Of a DNA stretch of 64,000 nucleotides, positions 1 to 11,221 are shown in pieces; the first letter of the stretch is position 1; each line of letters begins with the position of its first letter. The stretch is from Candidatus Omnitrophota bacterium (lineage in GTDB: Bacteria > Omnitrophota > Gorgyraeia > Gygaellales > Profunditerraquicolaceae). Made by a program: the position numbers and the translations under genes. Under the pieces are notes generated by a model. It had not been told where the DNA came from. It was given only the letters and a program-made list of their open reading frames with translations, and did no database searches. The stretch spans positions 53,342 through 117,341 of the forward strand of contig JBAZEH010000001.1 in assembly GCA_041653955.1 (NCBI GenBank), in the 5' to 3' direction.

Positions 1-1210
<1,210 letters not shown>

Positions 1211-1294
1211 TTAAGCTTAATACGGATTAAATTTACGTAAGGTAAAATAGTATAGCACAATTTACAACACGGTCAACAAAAAACCTTTATATAG

Positions 1295-1323
1295 ATTGAC
1301 AGGCGCGCGAAATTATGGTATTT
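1295..1323 (+). promoter_or_regulatory. Candidate sigma70-type promoter for the ftsH-like gene: TTGACA, 17 nt, TATTTA, ending only ~10 nt before the ATG.
   Basis: TTGACA at 1295-1300 and TATTTA at 1318-1323, read directly from the sequence. Confidence 0.35.
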
Positions 1324-1333
1324 ATGAACATTA

Positions 1334-3040
1334 ATGAAGAAGATAAATTCCCGCAAAATAAAACTCTTCTTTAAATTCCACTGGATAGCGATCATCATAG
1401 CACTCCTCGCTAGCATCCTCGCTATCTCATTCATCTATTTCCTGCGCAGCGCCATTTTTGCCTGGAGCACATCAGAATCATATTTTAAAAAAGCGGCCCT
1501 CGCACAATACGGGCTATTCTTCTATATCTTCCTTATATTACAGGTGATCAGCCTCCCTTTAAGCGGGGCATTATGGATATGGCTGATGCGCGGCGGACAT
1601 ATGAAATTCAGCCACCTGCACACAAAGGCGGTAGAAGGCAAGGATATCCGCATCCACTGGCAGGATGTCATCGGGATGGAAGAAGCGAAACAGGAAGCAA
1701 AAGAGGTCGTCAGCCTGGTGGTAGACCGCGCGCAACTACAGCTTATAGGAGGCAAGATCTTAAGGGGTATCCTGATGATAGGGCCTCCGGGCTGCGGGAA
1801 AACTTACCTCGCCAAGGCGATCGCGACAGAGTCTAATCTCCCCTTCCTCTCCATATCAGGCTCGGAGTTCATAGAGATGTTCGTAGGTGTAGGCGCAAGC
1901 CGCGTACGTAAACTATTCAAACAGGCGCGCCAACTGGCTTACGCGGAAGGCGGATGCATCGTATTTATAGACGAGTTGGATGCGGTCGCGGCGCAGCGTT
2001 CCATGGACAGGGGTTTCGGAGGGCAAACCGAATCCAACACTACATTAAACCAGCTCCTTGTTGAGATGGACGGCCTGAAAGACAAGGATTACAACGTGGT
2101 CCTGATAGGGGCTACCAATGCCCCCGAGAGCTTCCTTGACCAGGCATTACTCCGCCCGGGAAGGTTTGACCGCAAGATATATGTGGACCTCCCCAACCTG
2201 GAAGAAAGAGAAGAATTGTTCCGCTACTATATAAAAGATATAAAATACGACCCATCCCTTGATATAGCGCGCCTCGCGCGTATGGCGGTGCGCAAAAGCC
2301 CCGCAGATATCTCCAACCTGATCAGGGAAGCCGCGCTCATCTCGGTGCGCAACAAAAAAGATAAAGTTATGATGAAAGAAATGGTTGAGGCGATGGACAG
2401 GATCGAGATGGGCGTAAAACATAAAGTTGTCTTTAATGAAGAAGAACGCAAAAAAGTAGCTTATCATGAAGCAGGCCACGCCGTTTCCACCTACTTCCTG
2501 CAGCCATTCCATGACGTATTCAAGGCGACTATCACGGCAAGGGGCGGGGCATTAGGGATGATCGTCCCCCATCCGCGCGAAGAGCTGCACGTGCATACGA
2601 AAGAAGAGTGGCTCGGCCAGATAAAATCGTGCCTGGGCTCCTATGTAGCGGAAAAACTTCAGTTCGGGACTACCACCACAGGCGTATCCCAGGATTTCCA
2701 CCAGGCGATGTGGTACGCCCACCAGATGGTATGGCGCTATGGTATGGGTAAATCCGGATTGATCGGAGATTATACCCTGCTTGAGACATCGCATTCCGAT
2801 TACGGTGCATTCCGCGGAGAAAAAGCGTCGTTCCTTTCAGAAAAAATAAAAGAACAGCTAAACCAGGAGACGCAGGATATGCTGCAGGAGTGCCTTAAGG
2901 AAGTTGAGATACTTCTGACGAGAGAGAAACCTATCCTGGACCGTTTCGCCGAAGAGCTACTTAAAAAGGAAGAGCTTGATTACGATGAGATCGAAGCCAT
3001 CTTCAGGGAATTTGGCAAAAACCGCCCTCCTGTTACTTAG
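1334..3040 (+). CDS. FtsH-family AAA+ zinc metalloprotease with two N-terminal TM helices and a short periplasmic region.
   Basis: Walker A GPPGCGKTYLAKAIA, Walker B IVFIDELDA, second region of homology (SRH) ATNAPESFLDQALLRPGRFDR, and zinc motif HEAGHA. Confidence 0.85.
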   Translation: MKKINSRKIKLFFKFHWIAIIIALLASILAISFIYFLRSAIFAWSTSESYFKKAALAQYGLFFYIFLILQVISLPLSGALWIWLMRGGHMKFSHLHTKAVEGKDIRIHWQDVIGMEEAKQEAKEVVSLVVDRAQLQLIGGKILRGILMIGPPGCGKTYLAKAIATESNLPFLSISGSEFIEMFVGVGASRVRKLFKQARQLAYAEGGCIVFIDELDAVAAQRSMDRGFGGQTESNTTLNQLLVEMDGLKDKDYNVVLIGATNAPESFLDQALLRPGRFDRKIYVDLPNLEEREELFRYYIKDIKYDPSLDIARLARMAVRKSPADISNLIREAALISVRNKKDKVMMKEMVEAMDRIEMGVKHKVVFNEEERKKVAYHEAGHAVSTYFLQPFHDVFKATITARGGALGMIVPHPREELHVHTKEEWLGQIKSCLGSYVAEKLQFGTTTTGVSQDFHQAMWYAHQMVWRYGMGKSGLIGDYTLLETSHSDYGAFRGEKASFLSEKIKEQLNQETQDMLQECLKEVEILLTREKPILDRFAEELLKKEELDYDEIEAIFREFGKNRPPVT

Positions 3041-3854
3041 CATCCCCCTCTGTTTAATCTTATCCGGTTGTCAACTTTCCCTTGAGCCTACCTACAAGGA
3101 AAAGGATATCTCCCGGCTCGTAAAACAGATATGCAAGGATGAATACGGGCTTGAGGTGGTAACACATTGCACAAAAACCACCCTCTGGATCTATATGCCC
3201 CTTTCAAAGATGCTGCATCAGGATTATGCCGAAGGATCGGGCAAATTCTTTGATGACGAGCTGATGGATAAATTAAGGAATATAATGACTACTATCGGCA
3301 GGGTCATTTTGAGCGCCGATAAATCCCCGGGGTTCTACGCGCTATGGTCATCGGATATCAATATCGGCATTGACTATATCATCATCGGCAATGTAACGGA
3401 TATAAAAAAATCGTATGCCGGGGTTATCCCTGCTACCGAACTTAACCAAAGGTACGTTATCAGGTTCGGGCTTAACCCCCAGGCGGTAGGAGATGCCGCG
3501 GGAACGCATATGAATTTTTACGATATAACTCTTACTGATTTCCTTGCCCAGCAGATGGCGCAAAGGCTGGTATTCAGAATGCAGGGCGAGGAGATAAAGA
3601 AATATTTCAAGGTGGAAAGTTCAGAGGGGATATTTAAAGACGGCGTCTTTATGCTGGAATATAATATAATAGAGGCGGCTGCGCCTGAAAAATATATAGA
3701 CATAACGCAAGAGGCGCTGGATATCGCCTCTTACTGCGTAAAAACCTATGAATTCCGGGATTTCCTGGGCGTATGGGTAAGAAATATATTAACTAATGAA
3801 GTTGCCGTGCTGGATAAAAATGAGGTGCTGGCAAGGCCTATGCCTGTCAGCTAG
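2985..3854 (+). CDS. Lipoprotein of unknown function. The ORF-track start at 2976 is TTG; the ATG at 2985 is more likely and overlaps the ftsH-like 3' end.
   Basis: Signal peptide with lipobox LILSGC. No recognisable catalytic motifs. Confidence 0.5.
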   Translation: MRSKPSSGNLAKTALLLLSIPLCLILSGCQLSLEPTYKEKDISRLVKQICKDEYGLEVVTHCTKTTLWIYMPLSKMLHQDYAEGSGKFFDDELMDKLRNIMTTIGRVILSADKSPGFYALWSSDINIGIDYIIIGNVTDIKKSYAGVIPATELNQRYVIRFGLNPQAVGDAAGTHMNFYDITLTDFLAQQMAQRLVFRMQGEEIKKYFKVESSEGIFKDGVFMLEYNIIEAAAPEKYIDITQEALDIASYCVKTYEFRDFLGVWVRNILTNEVAVLDKNEVLARPMPVS

Positions 3855-4449
3855 ATATACTTACTTTTCTTCCTTCCAGTTTAAGCCTGCCTTCAACGAA
3901 TAACCTTACTGCTTCGGGGTAAAGACGGTGCTCTATCTTATGGATCTTGCCCTCTAAGGACTCCAGCGTATCGCTTTCTTCTATTTTTACTTCTTTCTGC
4001 AATATTATAGGGCCGTGGTCCATTTTTTCATCTACAAAATGCACGGTGACCCCGGTTACCTTCGCTCCATATTCAAAAGCATCTTTTATCCCGTGGCTGC
4101 CCTTAAAAGAAGGAAGGAGCGCGGGGTGTATATTCAGGATGCGCCCATGGTACCTGCTCACTAACTCCGGGCTCAAAAGCCGCATAAAACCCGCCAGCAG
4201 TATAAGGTCTATTTTATTTTCTTCCAGGTGGCGGATTATAGCTGACTCAAAAGCGCTCTTATCCGGTAGGTCATCAGCTTCTACCAGGGCCACTTTTATC
4301 CCTGCCCTTTTTGCGCGGCCTATAGCAGGCGCCTTAGGATTATCGCAAACCAAAAGGGAAAGCTCCGCCTTAATCAGGCCCTTCTTTACCGCCCTGATCA
4401 GCGCCCCGAAATTCGTACCCCTGCCTGAAGCAAAAACCGCAATCCTCAT
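3847..4449 (-). CDS. purN: Phosphoribosylglycinamide formyltransferase.
   Basis: MRIAVFASGRGTNFGALI N-terminus and NIHPALLPSFKG active-site region. Confidence 0.85.
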   Translation of the reverse strand: MRIAVFASGRGTNFGALIRAVKKGLIKAELSLLVCDNPKAPAIGRAKRAGIKVALVEADDLPDKSAFESAIIRHLEENKIDLILLAGFMRLLSPELVSRYHGRILNIHPALLPSFKGSHGIKDAFEYGAKVTGVTVHFVDEKMDHGPIILQKEVKIEESDTLESLEGKIHKIEHRLYPEAVRLFVEGRLKLEGRKVSISS

Positions 4450-4458
4450 CTTCTTATA

Positions 4459-4532
4459 GGGACGGTTCTCGTGCTAATCGGAAAAGTGTCCCTACTAGGG
4501 GACACTTTTCGCTTTGTCAGCAGAACCGTCCC
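4459..4532. repeat. REP doublet (nested palindrome, BIME-like), copy A. Arms are GGGACGGTTCTC ... GAAAAGTGTCCC / GGGACACTTTTC ... AGAACCGTCCC.
   Basis: Same architecture as copy B at 6569-6642 and as the two halves flanking the RAYT gene at 47565-47599 and 48147-48181. Confidence 0.8.
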
Positions 4533-5340
4533 TGCTTCTCCAGATTTTGTCTTCTTTACAAGCTATTGTCTTGACCGGACAGACCTTAAAACATTCTCCC
4601 CGGTTATCACAGATATTATAATCTATAACTGCGAGGTTGTTAACTATTTTTATGGCTGACACAGGGCATGCCTTCTCGCATTTCCTGCAAGCGATACACC
4701 CGACAGAGCAAGCCTCCATTACTGCCTTACCCATATCAAGCGACTTACAGCGCACCGCGAAAGCCTTATCTGCCGGTACTAAACTGAATAAACCTTTAGG
4801 GCAGGCTGCTACGCATTTACCGCAGGCAGTGCATTTATCTTCATCCACTACCGGGAGCCCCTCCTCATTCATTGTGATCGCTCCGAACGGACAAACATCA
4901 ACGCAGGTGCCGTATCCTATGCAGCCGTAAACACACGCCTTCGGCCCACCCATAACTAGGCTCGCGGACCTGCAATCTTTAGTCCCTTTGTATATAAACC
5001 TGTCCTTAACCCTTTTACTGCCTCCGTGGCAGTGCAGGACCGCTACATCCTTGGCTCTCTTCTTGAATTCTACTCCCAATATGCCTGCTATCTTCTTCCC
5101 TGCCTCTTCACTGCTGACTGTGCAGCGTTCAACTGAACAGGAACCATGAATAAGTCCTTCGGCAAACCCCATACATCCCGGCATACCGCACGCCCCGCAG
5201 TTTGCCCCGGGGAGTTCCGCGAATATCTTTTCTATGCGCGGGTCAACTACTACGCAAAATTTCCTGGCAGCCAAAGCGAGCCCCACTCCAAAAAGTATAC
5301 CCAGGCCGCTTAAAGTAAGTATAGAAGCTATTATTTCCAT
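4495..5340 (-). CDS. rnfB: Rnf complex subunit B (ferredoxin-like). The last 13 codons ([13 protein letters not shown]) lie inside REP copy A.
   Basis: N-terminal TM helix, [14 protein letters not shown] motif and multiple CxxCxxCxxxCP clusters. Last gene of an rnfCDGEAB-order operon. Confidence 0.85.
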   Translation of the reverse strand: MEIIASILTLSGLGILFGVGLALAARKFCVVVDPRIEKIFAELPGANCGACGMPGCMGFAEGLIHGSCSVERCTVSSEEAGKKIAGILGVEFKKRAKDVAVLHCHGGSKRVKDRFIYKGTKDCRSASLVMGGPKACVYGCIGYGTCVDVCPFGAITMNEEGLPVVDEDKCTACGKCVAACPKGLFSLVPADKAFAVRCKSLDMGKAVMEACSVGCIACRKCEKACPVSAIKIVNNLAVIDYNICDNRGECFKVCPVKTIACKEDKIWRSRDGSADKAKSVP

Positions 5341-5345
5341 ATTTT

Positions 5346-5954
5346 TTAAAACCTGAAACCACTGAATCCCATAAATGCCAGGCTCATCAGGGCCGCGACC
5401 ATAAAAGCTATCGGGATACCTTCAAAACACCTGGGCGCGTCATTTACCTGTAAGCGTTCTCTTATGCCGGACATAAGAAGCAATGCCAGGGTAAAACCTA
5501 TCCCTGCGAATAAAGACTGCGTAACGGAAAGAAGAAAACTTAACTGCGCGGGCTTGCCCGAAACAAAAAAATTATCTATATTCAAAACAGTAACGCCCAA
5601 CACGGCGCAGTTAGTGGTTATCAAAGGCAAGTATATCCCCAGTGCCCTGTAAAGGGCCGGTGATTTCTTAAGGATAACCATCTCTACGAATTGGACAAAG
5701 GCCGCGATAACCAAAATAAATGTTATTGTCCTAAGGTATGTTATATGAAAAGGTATGAGGATGAACCGGTAGGCAAGCCAGGTTATTATCCCGGACAACG
5801 TCATCACGAATATTACCGCCATACCCATGCTCATAGCCGGCTTGATATTGCGCGATACCCCAAGAAAAGGGCAAAGGCCCAGGAACTTGGAAAGTATGAA
5901 GTTATTTATAAACACCATACTTATTATAACCGTTAGGAATATCTTAAAATCCAT
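5346..5954 (-). CDS. rnfA: Rnf complex subunit A (membrane).
   Basis: Polytopic RnfA/RnfE-family membrane protein. Position in the operon is after rnfE and before rnfB. Confidence 0.75.
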   Translation of the reverse strand: MDFKIFLTVIISMVFINNFILSKFLGLCPFLGVSRNIKPAMSMGMAVIFVMTLSGIITWLAYRFILIPFHITYLRTITFILVIAAFVQFVEMVILKKSPALYRALGIYLPLITTNCAVLGVTVLNIDNFFVSGKPAQLSFLLSVTQSLFAGIGFTLALLLMSGIRERLQVNDAPRCFEGIPIAFMVAALMSLAFMGFSGFRF

Positions 5955-5955
5955 A

Positions 5956-6549
5956 TCAGTTACCTCTATTCTTTATAAGGTTTGTCGCTGCGATAAGCAC
6001 GCCGAGCGTTAACAGCGCGCCCGGGGCCAATACCATTATATTTACAGGGTCAAAACCCTTTACAATAATATGTCCAAACAGCTTTCCGCTACCCAATATT
6101 TCCCTGATAAGCGCAACCGAACATAGCGCCAGGGTGAAACCTAACCCCATACCCAGGCCATCCATAATCGAAGGTAATATATTATTCCTTGAGGCAAAGG
6201 CCTCTGCCCTGCCCATAATAATACAATTGACTACGATAAGGGGCACAAATATCCCCAGGCGTTTCGCAAGAAGGGGCGCGTATCCTGCCATGACCAGCTC
6301 AACGATTGTCACGAATGAGGCGATAACTACGATAAAACATGGTATGCGTATCTTATGCGGGACGACACCCTTTATACCCGAAATTATGGTGTTGGATGCG
6401 ACCAGCACAAAAGTAGCCGCGATCCCCATGCCGACCGCGTTCTCAAGAGAAGTTGATACCGCCAGGGTCGGGCAGAGTCCCAGTACGATTACGAATATCG
6501 GGTTCTCCCTGAATATGCCTTTACTGAATTCTGCGAATATTTTCTTCAT
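5956..6549 (-). CDS. rnfE: Rnf complex subunit E (membrane).
   Basis: RnfA/RnfE-family membrane protein, placed between rnfG and rnfA in the operon order. Confidence 0.75.
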   Translation of the reverse strand: MKKIFAEFSKGIFRENPIFVIVLGLCPTLAVSTSLENAVGMGIAATFVLVASNTIISGIKGVVPHKIRIPCFIVVIASFVTIVELVMAGYAPLLAKRLGIFVPLIVVNCIIMGRAEAFASRNNILPSIMDGLGMGLGFTLALCSVALIREILGSGKLFGHIIVKGFDPVNIMVLAPGALLTLGVLIAATNLIKNRGN

Positions 6550-6568
6550 CTCAATTCTCTAAATTTTA

Positions 6569-6642
6569 GGGACGGTTCTCAAGTCAATCGTAAAAGTGTC
6601 CCTTCTAAGGGACAGTCTTTGCTTTGGCTCCAGAACCGTCCC
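6569..6642. repeat. REP doublet (nested palindrome), copy B, between rnfE and rnfD. The inner arm has diverged to GGGACAGTCTTTGC.
   Basis: GGGACGGTTCTC at 6569-6580 and AGAACCGTCCC at 6632-6642, with inner arms GTAAAAGTGTCCC / GGGACAGTC. Confidence 0.8.
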
Positions 6643-7591
6643 TCCTACCGTAGACGGGGGGCCTTACATATCTGTCTATAAGCGGAACAAAAGCATTCAT
6701 GATCAGGATAGAGAACGATACGCCTTCAGGGTACCCTCCCCACCTCCTGATTATAAAAGTCAGAAGCCCGCAACCTGCGCCAAAAATCAACTGCCCCTTT
6801 CGCGTTAACGGAGAGGTAGAGTAATCGGTCGCCATAAAAAACGCGCCCAATATGACCCCTCCGGAGAGCACCGCGAAAATAGGGTCCCCTTTGGCAAAAC
6901 CCTGCGCTGGGAATAACCAGCTTAACAGCCCCGCGGCGAATATAAAACTAAGAGGTATATGCAAAGATATTATCCTTAAAACAAGCAGTAGCAGCGCTCC
7001 GACGGCCAACGCCAGCACAGCCACTTCTCCGATACAGCCTCCGCGCCTGCCCAGTAACAGGTCCATATAATTTAAACCCATCGCATGGATATCCATACCG
7101 GCATTCTTAAAAAGCCCCAGCGGGGTAGCGGCGGTAACCGCGTCAGGATAGGTGAATGGTTTTGCAAAATCCGTCATATACGTCGGCCATGAAATAATTA
7201 GAAAAGCCCTCCCGGCAAGCGCAGGATTGAATATATTCCTGCCTAAACCTCCGAATACCTGCTTCGCGAAGACAATCGCGAAAAAACTCCCTGCCGCCGG
7301 TATCCATAATGGCGCTTCAGGAGGGAGGTTGTAAGCCAGAAGTAACCCTGTTAACGCGGCGCTGCCGTCAAAGATAGTTACTTTCTTCCTCCTCAACGCC
7401 AGGATGAACGCCTCTGATAATACGGCGCTCAATATGGATATCAATATCAACCATAAAGAAGCAGGGCCGAACGTATATATACCTACGATACCCGACGGTA
7501 TGAGCGCGGCGAATACCATCCACATTATCCAGGGGATATTCTCCTTTTTACGCAGATGCGGAGATACAGAAACAACAAGCCTGCCTTTCAT
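6605..7591 (-). CDS. rnfD: Rnf complex subunit D. The last 12 codons (RDGSGAKAKTVP) lie inside REP copy B.
   Basis: RnfD/NqrB-like polytopic membrane protein. The start overlaps the rnfG stop (ATGA). Confidence 0.8.
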   Translation of the reverse strand: MKGRLVVSVSPHLRKKENIPWIMWMVFAALIPSGIVGIYTFGPASLWLILISILSAVLSEAFILALRRKKVTIFDGSAALTGLLLAYNLPPEAPLWIPAAGSFFAIVFAKQVFGGLGRNIFNPALAGRAFLIISWPTYMTDFAKPFTYPDAVTAATPLGLFKNAGMDIHAMGLNYMDLLLGRRGGCIGEVAVLALAVGALLLLVLRIISLHIPLSFIFAAGLLSWLFPAQGFAKGDPIFAVLSGGVILGAFFMATDYSTSPLTRKGQLIFGAGCGLLTFIIRRWGGYPEGVSFSILIMNAFVPLIDRYVRPPVYGRRDGSGAKAKTVP

Positions 7592-8085
7592 TAGAATATC
7601 TTCTCCATCGTTGCCTTAACCGAACTTACCAGGGCGCTTGAGGATATGGTCGCGCCGGTTATAGTATCAATAGTATCATTTTTATTCTTGCCCTTGAAAC
7701 CATCAAGAAAAACACCTTCTGTTATCTTTGAGCCGATACCGGGTGTCTCATTTTGCTCCAGGATCTTTATAGTCAGCAGCGTTCCGTCCGGCTTGGCACT
7801 CACTACCGCCCTGATAACACTTGAATATCCTTTTGCCTCACAGATAAAAATATACCCGATAAGGGTTCCGCCCTCATCCAGCGCCTCATAATAATTTATG
7901 CCGTTTTTCTCGGCTTCTTTAGTTTGTTTTGCCTGCGGCAGGACCTCTTTAACCGCTTCATCCTCCTGCTCCTGGCGGGCCTTTTCTATGCGCGGCTGGG
8001 TCACGGCATAAGTCGTGCTCAACAAAATAGCGGCCAAGAAAGAAATAATAAAAAGCACCAGAGCGTATCTGACGGTATCCTTCAT
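7591..8085 (-). CDS. rnfG: Rnf complex subunit G (FMN-binding).
   Basis: N-terminal TM helix and FMN-binding motif TGATISS. Confidence 0.8.
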   Translation of the reverse strand: MKDTVRYALVLFIISFLAAILLSTTYAVTQPRIEKARQEQEDEAVKEVLPQAKQTKEAEKNGINYYEALDEGGTLIGYIFICEAKGYSSVIRAVVSAKPDGTLLTIKILEQNETPGIGSKITEGVFLDGFKGKNKNDTIDTITGATISSSALVSSVKATMEKIF

Positions 8086-9359
8086 TTCGCACCTGCCAAT
8101 ATTGATTTAGCATATTTCATATGCTGTACCATATCCCTCTTCGCCGGGCATACATAAGCGCACAACCCGCATTCAATACAGTCAGATACATTGTATGCCT
8201 CTACCAGTTCGCGGTTATTTCTTTCACTCGCCAGGCTTATCATACACGGCATAAGCCCCGCCGGGCACTCCCTGACACATGCGCCGCAGCGTATACAGAA
8301 CTCCTCTTCCGGCACTTTTATCTGTTTCTCTCCCATCAAAATAACACCCGTAGTGGATTTTATCACCGGGACCTTATCCGTATATTGGGCGATCCCCATC
8401 ATCGGCCCGCCTATGATTATTTTAGCGGGTTCTCCTTTCAGGGGCCCGCAAAAATCAATAAGTTCACTTATAAGTGTCCCTATAGGAACCATTATATTTT
8501 TGGGGTTGGATACGCAGCTTCCCGTAACAGTAACTACGCGTTCATATAAGGGCTTATTAAAATAAACAGCTTCGTATATCGCAAAGATCGTGCCGACATT
8601 ATGCACCATTACCCCGACATCAAAAGGCAATTTACCCGAAGGGACCTCCTTCTGCAAGACATTCTTTATAAGCTGCTTCTCTCCTCCCTGCGGATAAACG
8701 GATCTTAAGACTTTAACCGTATATTGCGCAGCCTTCCCCCTAAACTCATTTATGGCTTCCGGCTTATTCTCTTCAATGGCGATATATACACTTTTTATCC
8801 CCAAGCACTTTACCAGGATCCGGATACCCATTATTATCTTATCTGTATTTTCCAGCATAAGGCGGTTATCTCCGGTCAGGTATGGCTCGCATTCCGCTCC
8901 GTTCACGATCAGGGTATCAACGGGCCTGGGTGGATTCAACTTAATATGAGTAGGAAAACTCGCCCCCCCCATACCGACAATACCTGCCTCCCGCACGATC
9001 CGGCGCACCTCATCAGGGGTTAACTTGTCTACCTCCTCCTGCGTCCGGCTGCCGGAATAATTCCGGCTATCTTTCCCATCCCCATCAATGACTATTGCTT
9101 TGCAGCGCCCTGAAACAGGATGAGGCCAATCCTGGACAGAAACAACCTTCCCTGATATGGAGGCGTGTATCGGGGCATAAACATGAGCCTCTACCGCGGC
9201 TATCCTTTGTCCAGCAGAAACGATATCTCCTGCCTTCACTTCAGGAAGGCACGGTTTACCCAGATGCTGGCTTAAAGGTATATAAACACGCGAAGGCAAA
9301 AGAAGCCTCTCTATCGCCTTATTTTCAGTCTCTTTCTTATGTTCTTTTAATTTAACCAT
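8082..9359 (-). CDS. rnfC: Rnf complex subunit C (NADH-binding, 2x[4Fe-4S]).
   Basis: CIRCGACVRECP and CIECGLCAYVCP motifs; RnfC-type SLBB/NADH-binding region. Confidence 0.85.
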   Translation of the reverse strand: MVKLKEHKKETENKAIERLLLPSRVYIPLSQHLGKPCLPEVKAGDIVSAGQRIAAVEAHVYAPIHASISGKVVSVQDWPHPVSGRCKAIVIDGDGKDSRNYSGSRTQEEVDKLTPDEVRRIVREAGIVGMGGASFPTHIKLNPPRPVDTLIVNGAECEPYLTGDNRLMLENTDKIIMGIRILVKCLGIKSVYIAIEENKPEAINEFRGKAAQYTVKVLRSVYPQGGEKQLIKNVLQKEVPSGKLPFDVGVMVHNVGTIFAIYEAVYFNKPLYERVVTVTGSCVSNPKNIMVPIGTLISELIDFCGPLKGEPAKIIIGGPMMGIAQYTDKVPVIKSTTGVILMGEKQIKVPEEEFCIRCGACVRECPAGLMPCMISLASERNNRELVEAYNVSDCIECGLCAYVCPAKRDMVQHMKYAKSILAGAK

Positions 9360-10612
9360 GGGACCTTACGATGATATATAAGATTTATGACTCCCAGAAC
9401 GCTGAATAGACACCCTACTACTACCAGTATCAAAGTATGCGAGAACCTTTCAGCGAGGAGGCCGCTGATGAACATAAAAAGCAGGAAACCCAGGTGCATG
9501 ACTATTTCCATAGAACTGAATATTTTCCCCCTCATATCATTATCGCTGACATTATGGATAATGGTGTTGGAGGCGATCATGATCGGTGAGACAAGGAGAC
9601 CGAGCATCAAAGATAAAAGTGCCGCTATAAGGAAATACGGGTAATAATGTATGGTCAAGGCAAAGATAACCAGCATTATACCGCTTAATATCAGGGAAGA
9701 AAATATGGTCTTATAGTGAGAGAGCCTTTGCCCGAAACGACCATAAACAAGGGAACCCAGGAAAAGGCCTATACCCAGGAACATTATTAATAACCCGAGG
9801 TCCTTGGTGGCGGAATTCAATGTATTCTGCACGAATACTATCAGGACCACATAGATCGCCCCCAGCGCGGACCAAAGCACAAAGGTTACGCCCGCGGTAA
9901 AACGTATATCCTTATTGCGGATAAAATACAGGACTCCCTCCTTGATTTCCTGGAAAACGGACTTCCTGATCACCTCCACTATCTCCCTGCTTACCTTCTT
10001 CAGGCCCGTTATCTTAGCGGAGTTCTTGGTGATCATAAAGATAAACGCTGCCGATACGAGAAAAGTTAAGGCATTCAGGTAGAAACCGCTTCTTGCGCCA
10101 AGCCACTCTACCAATACCCCGCTTACGCCGAATCCCACGATAGCGGCAATCATCCCGGTAATATTCACAAGAGAATTGGCTATCAGGAGATCTTTCTTCT
10201 CCACAAGGTCAGGAATAATAGAGAGTTTTGCCGGCACAAAAAATCGCCCTATACAGAAAACCACGAAGACTATCAGGTATATGGGGCTCATATATTTAGC
10301 GTAAAACAGGAATAAAGGGATAACCATGATAAGCGCCGCCCTTAAAAGGTCGGATATATACATCGTCCGGCGCCTATCCCACCTGTCTACATATACTCCG
10401 GCAAGCGGGCCTATAAGAAATACCGGGATTATGGTAAAAGAGAGTATTTTGGCTATCTCAATCGTTGAGCCGGGGGCCTTAAGATATACAAAACCAATCA
10501 GCGCCATCTGGCCAAGCCTGTCCCCCAGCTGGGAGATTATCTGCCCTACCCAGAGAAAGAAAAAATTGCGGTTCCTTAATACTGCGGTGAATTTAGACAT
10601 ATAATAAGACAT
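9347..10612 (-). CDS. MFS transporter.
   Basis: 12-TM profile; FLWVGQIISQLGDRL MFS signature region. Confidence 0.7.
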   Translation of the reverse strand: MSYYMSKFTAVLRNRNFFFLWVGQIISQLGDRLGQMALIGFVYLKAPGSTIEIAKILSFTIIPVFLIGPLAGVYVDRWDRRRTMYISDLLRAALIMVIPLFLFYAKYMSPIYLIVFVVFCIGRFFVPAKLSIIPDLVEKKDLLIANSLVNITGMIAAIVGFGVSGVLVEWLGARSGFYLNALTFLVSAAFIFMITKNSAKITGLKKVSREIVEVIRKSVFQEIKEGVLYFIRNKDIRFTAGVTFVLWSALGAIYVVLIVFVQNTLNSATKDLGLLIMFLGIGLFLGSLVYGRFGQRLSHYKTIFSSLILSGIMLVIFALTIHYYPYFLIAALLSLMLGLLVSPIMIASNTIIHNVSDNDMRGKIFSSMEIVMHLGFLLFMFISGLLAERFSHTLILVVVGCLFSVLGVINLIYHRKVPWLN

Positions 10613-10614
10613 AT

Positions 10615-10687
10615 AAGCCGACGGGGGGATTCGAACCCTCGACCTAGTGTTTACGAAACACTTGCTCTACCAGCTGAGCTACGTCGG
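10615..10687 (-). tRNA. tRNA-Thr (anticodon CGT).
   Basis: Hand-folded cloverleaf: acceptor GCCGACG/CGTCGGC, D-arm GCTCAGCTGGTAGAGC, anticodon stem AGTGT/ACACT with loop TTCGTAA, and T-loop TTCGAAT. Confidence 0.8.
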
Positions 10688-10782
10688 CATATAAAAACCG
10701 GATTATTATTATACCAACTTTTCCATATTAGTCAACTTATTAGCTTTCAATATATTATGTGAAAAAATAACATAAAAAATGG

Positions 10783-10811
10783 TTGACAAGGGCCAAAAAG
10801 ATGTTATACTT
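10783..10811 (+). promoter_or_regulatory. Candidate sigma70 promoter (TTGACA-16/17-TATACT) about 125 nt upstream of cspA. A long 5' UTR is typical of cold-shock genes.
   Basis: TTGACAAGGGCCAAAAAGATGTTATACT, read directly from the sequence. Confidence 0.4.
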
Positions 10812-10934
10812 ATGCCTGTAACCAGATTCACAAGGAGTAAAGATATTAGTACGCCAAAACAGACCGTAAAGCAAGAGAATAACTAATATGCTTTGCGGTT
10901 TTTTTTGTCGATGAGGGGAGGTGAAAAGTAACAG

Positions 10935-11135
10935 ATGGCAAAAGGTAAAGTAAAGTGGTTCAGCAACCAGAAGGGTTATGGCTTTATTACTTCTGAAAAC
11001 GGTAAAGACGTTTTTGTGCATCACAGCGCGATCAAAGGAGAAGGCTATAAAACCTTGGAGGAAGGCCAGGAAGTAGAATTTGACGTAACCCAGGGCCCTA
11101 AAGGTGAACAGGCAACTAACGTAAGCAAGTTATAA
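10935..11135 (+). CDS. cspA: Cold-shock protein (CspA family).
   Basis: [18 protein letters not shown] ... VFVHHSAI, with RNP1/RNP2 motifs; GGGGAGGTG SD. Confidence 0.9.
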   Translation: MAKGKVKWFSNQKGYGFITSENGKDVFVHHSAIKGEGYKTLEEGQEVEFDVTQGPKGEQATNVSKL

Positions 11136-11165
11136 GTTAGATAAGTCCCAGTAACCCAAATAAAA

Positions 11166-11201
11166 AAGCCGTTGTTTTTTAAGAAATAACGGCTTTTTTA
11201 T
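11166..11201 (+). terminator. Rho-independent terminator of cspA.
   Basis: GCCGTT ... AACGGC hairpin followed by TTTTTTA. Confidence 0.7.
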
Positions 11202-11221
11202 TTCTATTAAGGGTTGTATAT

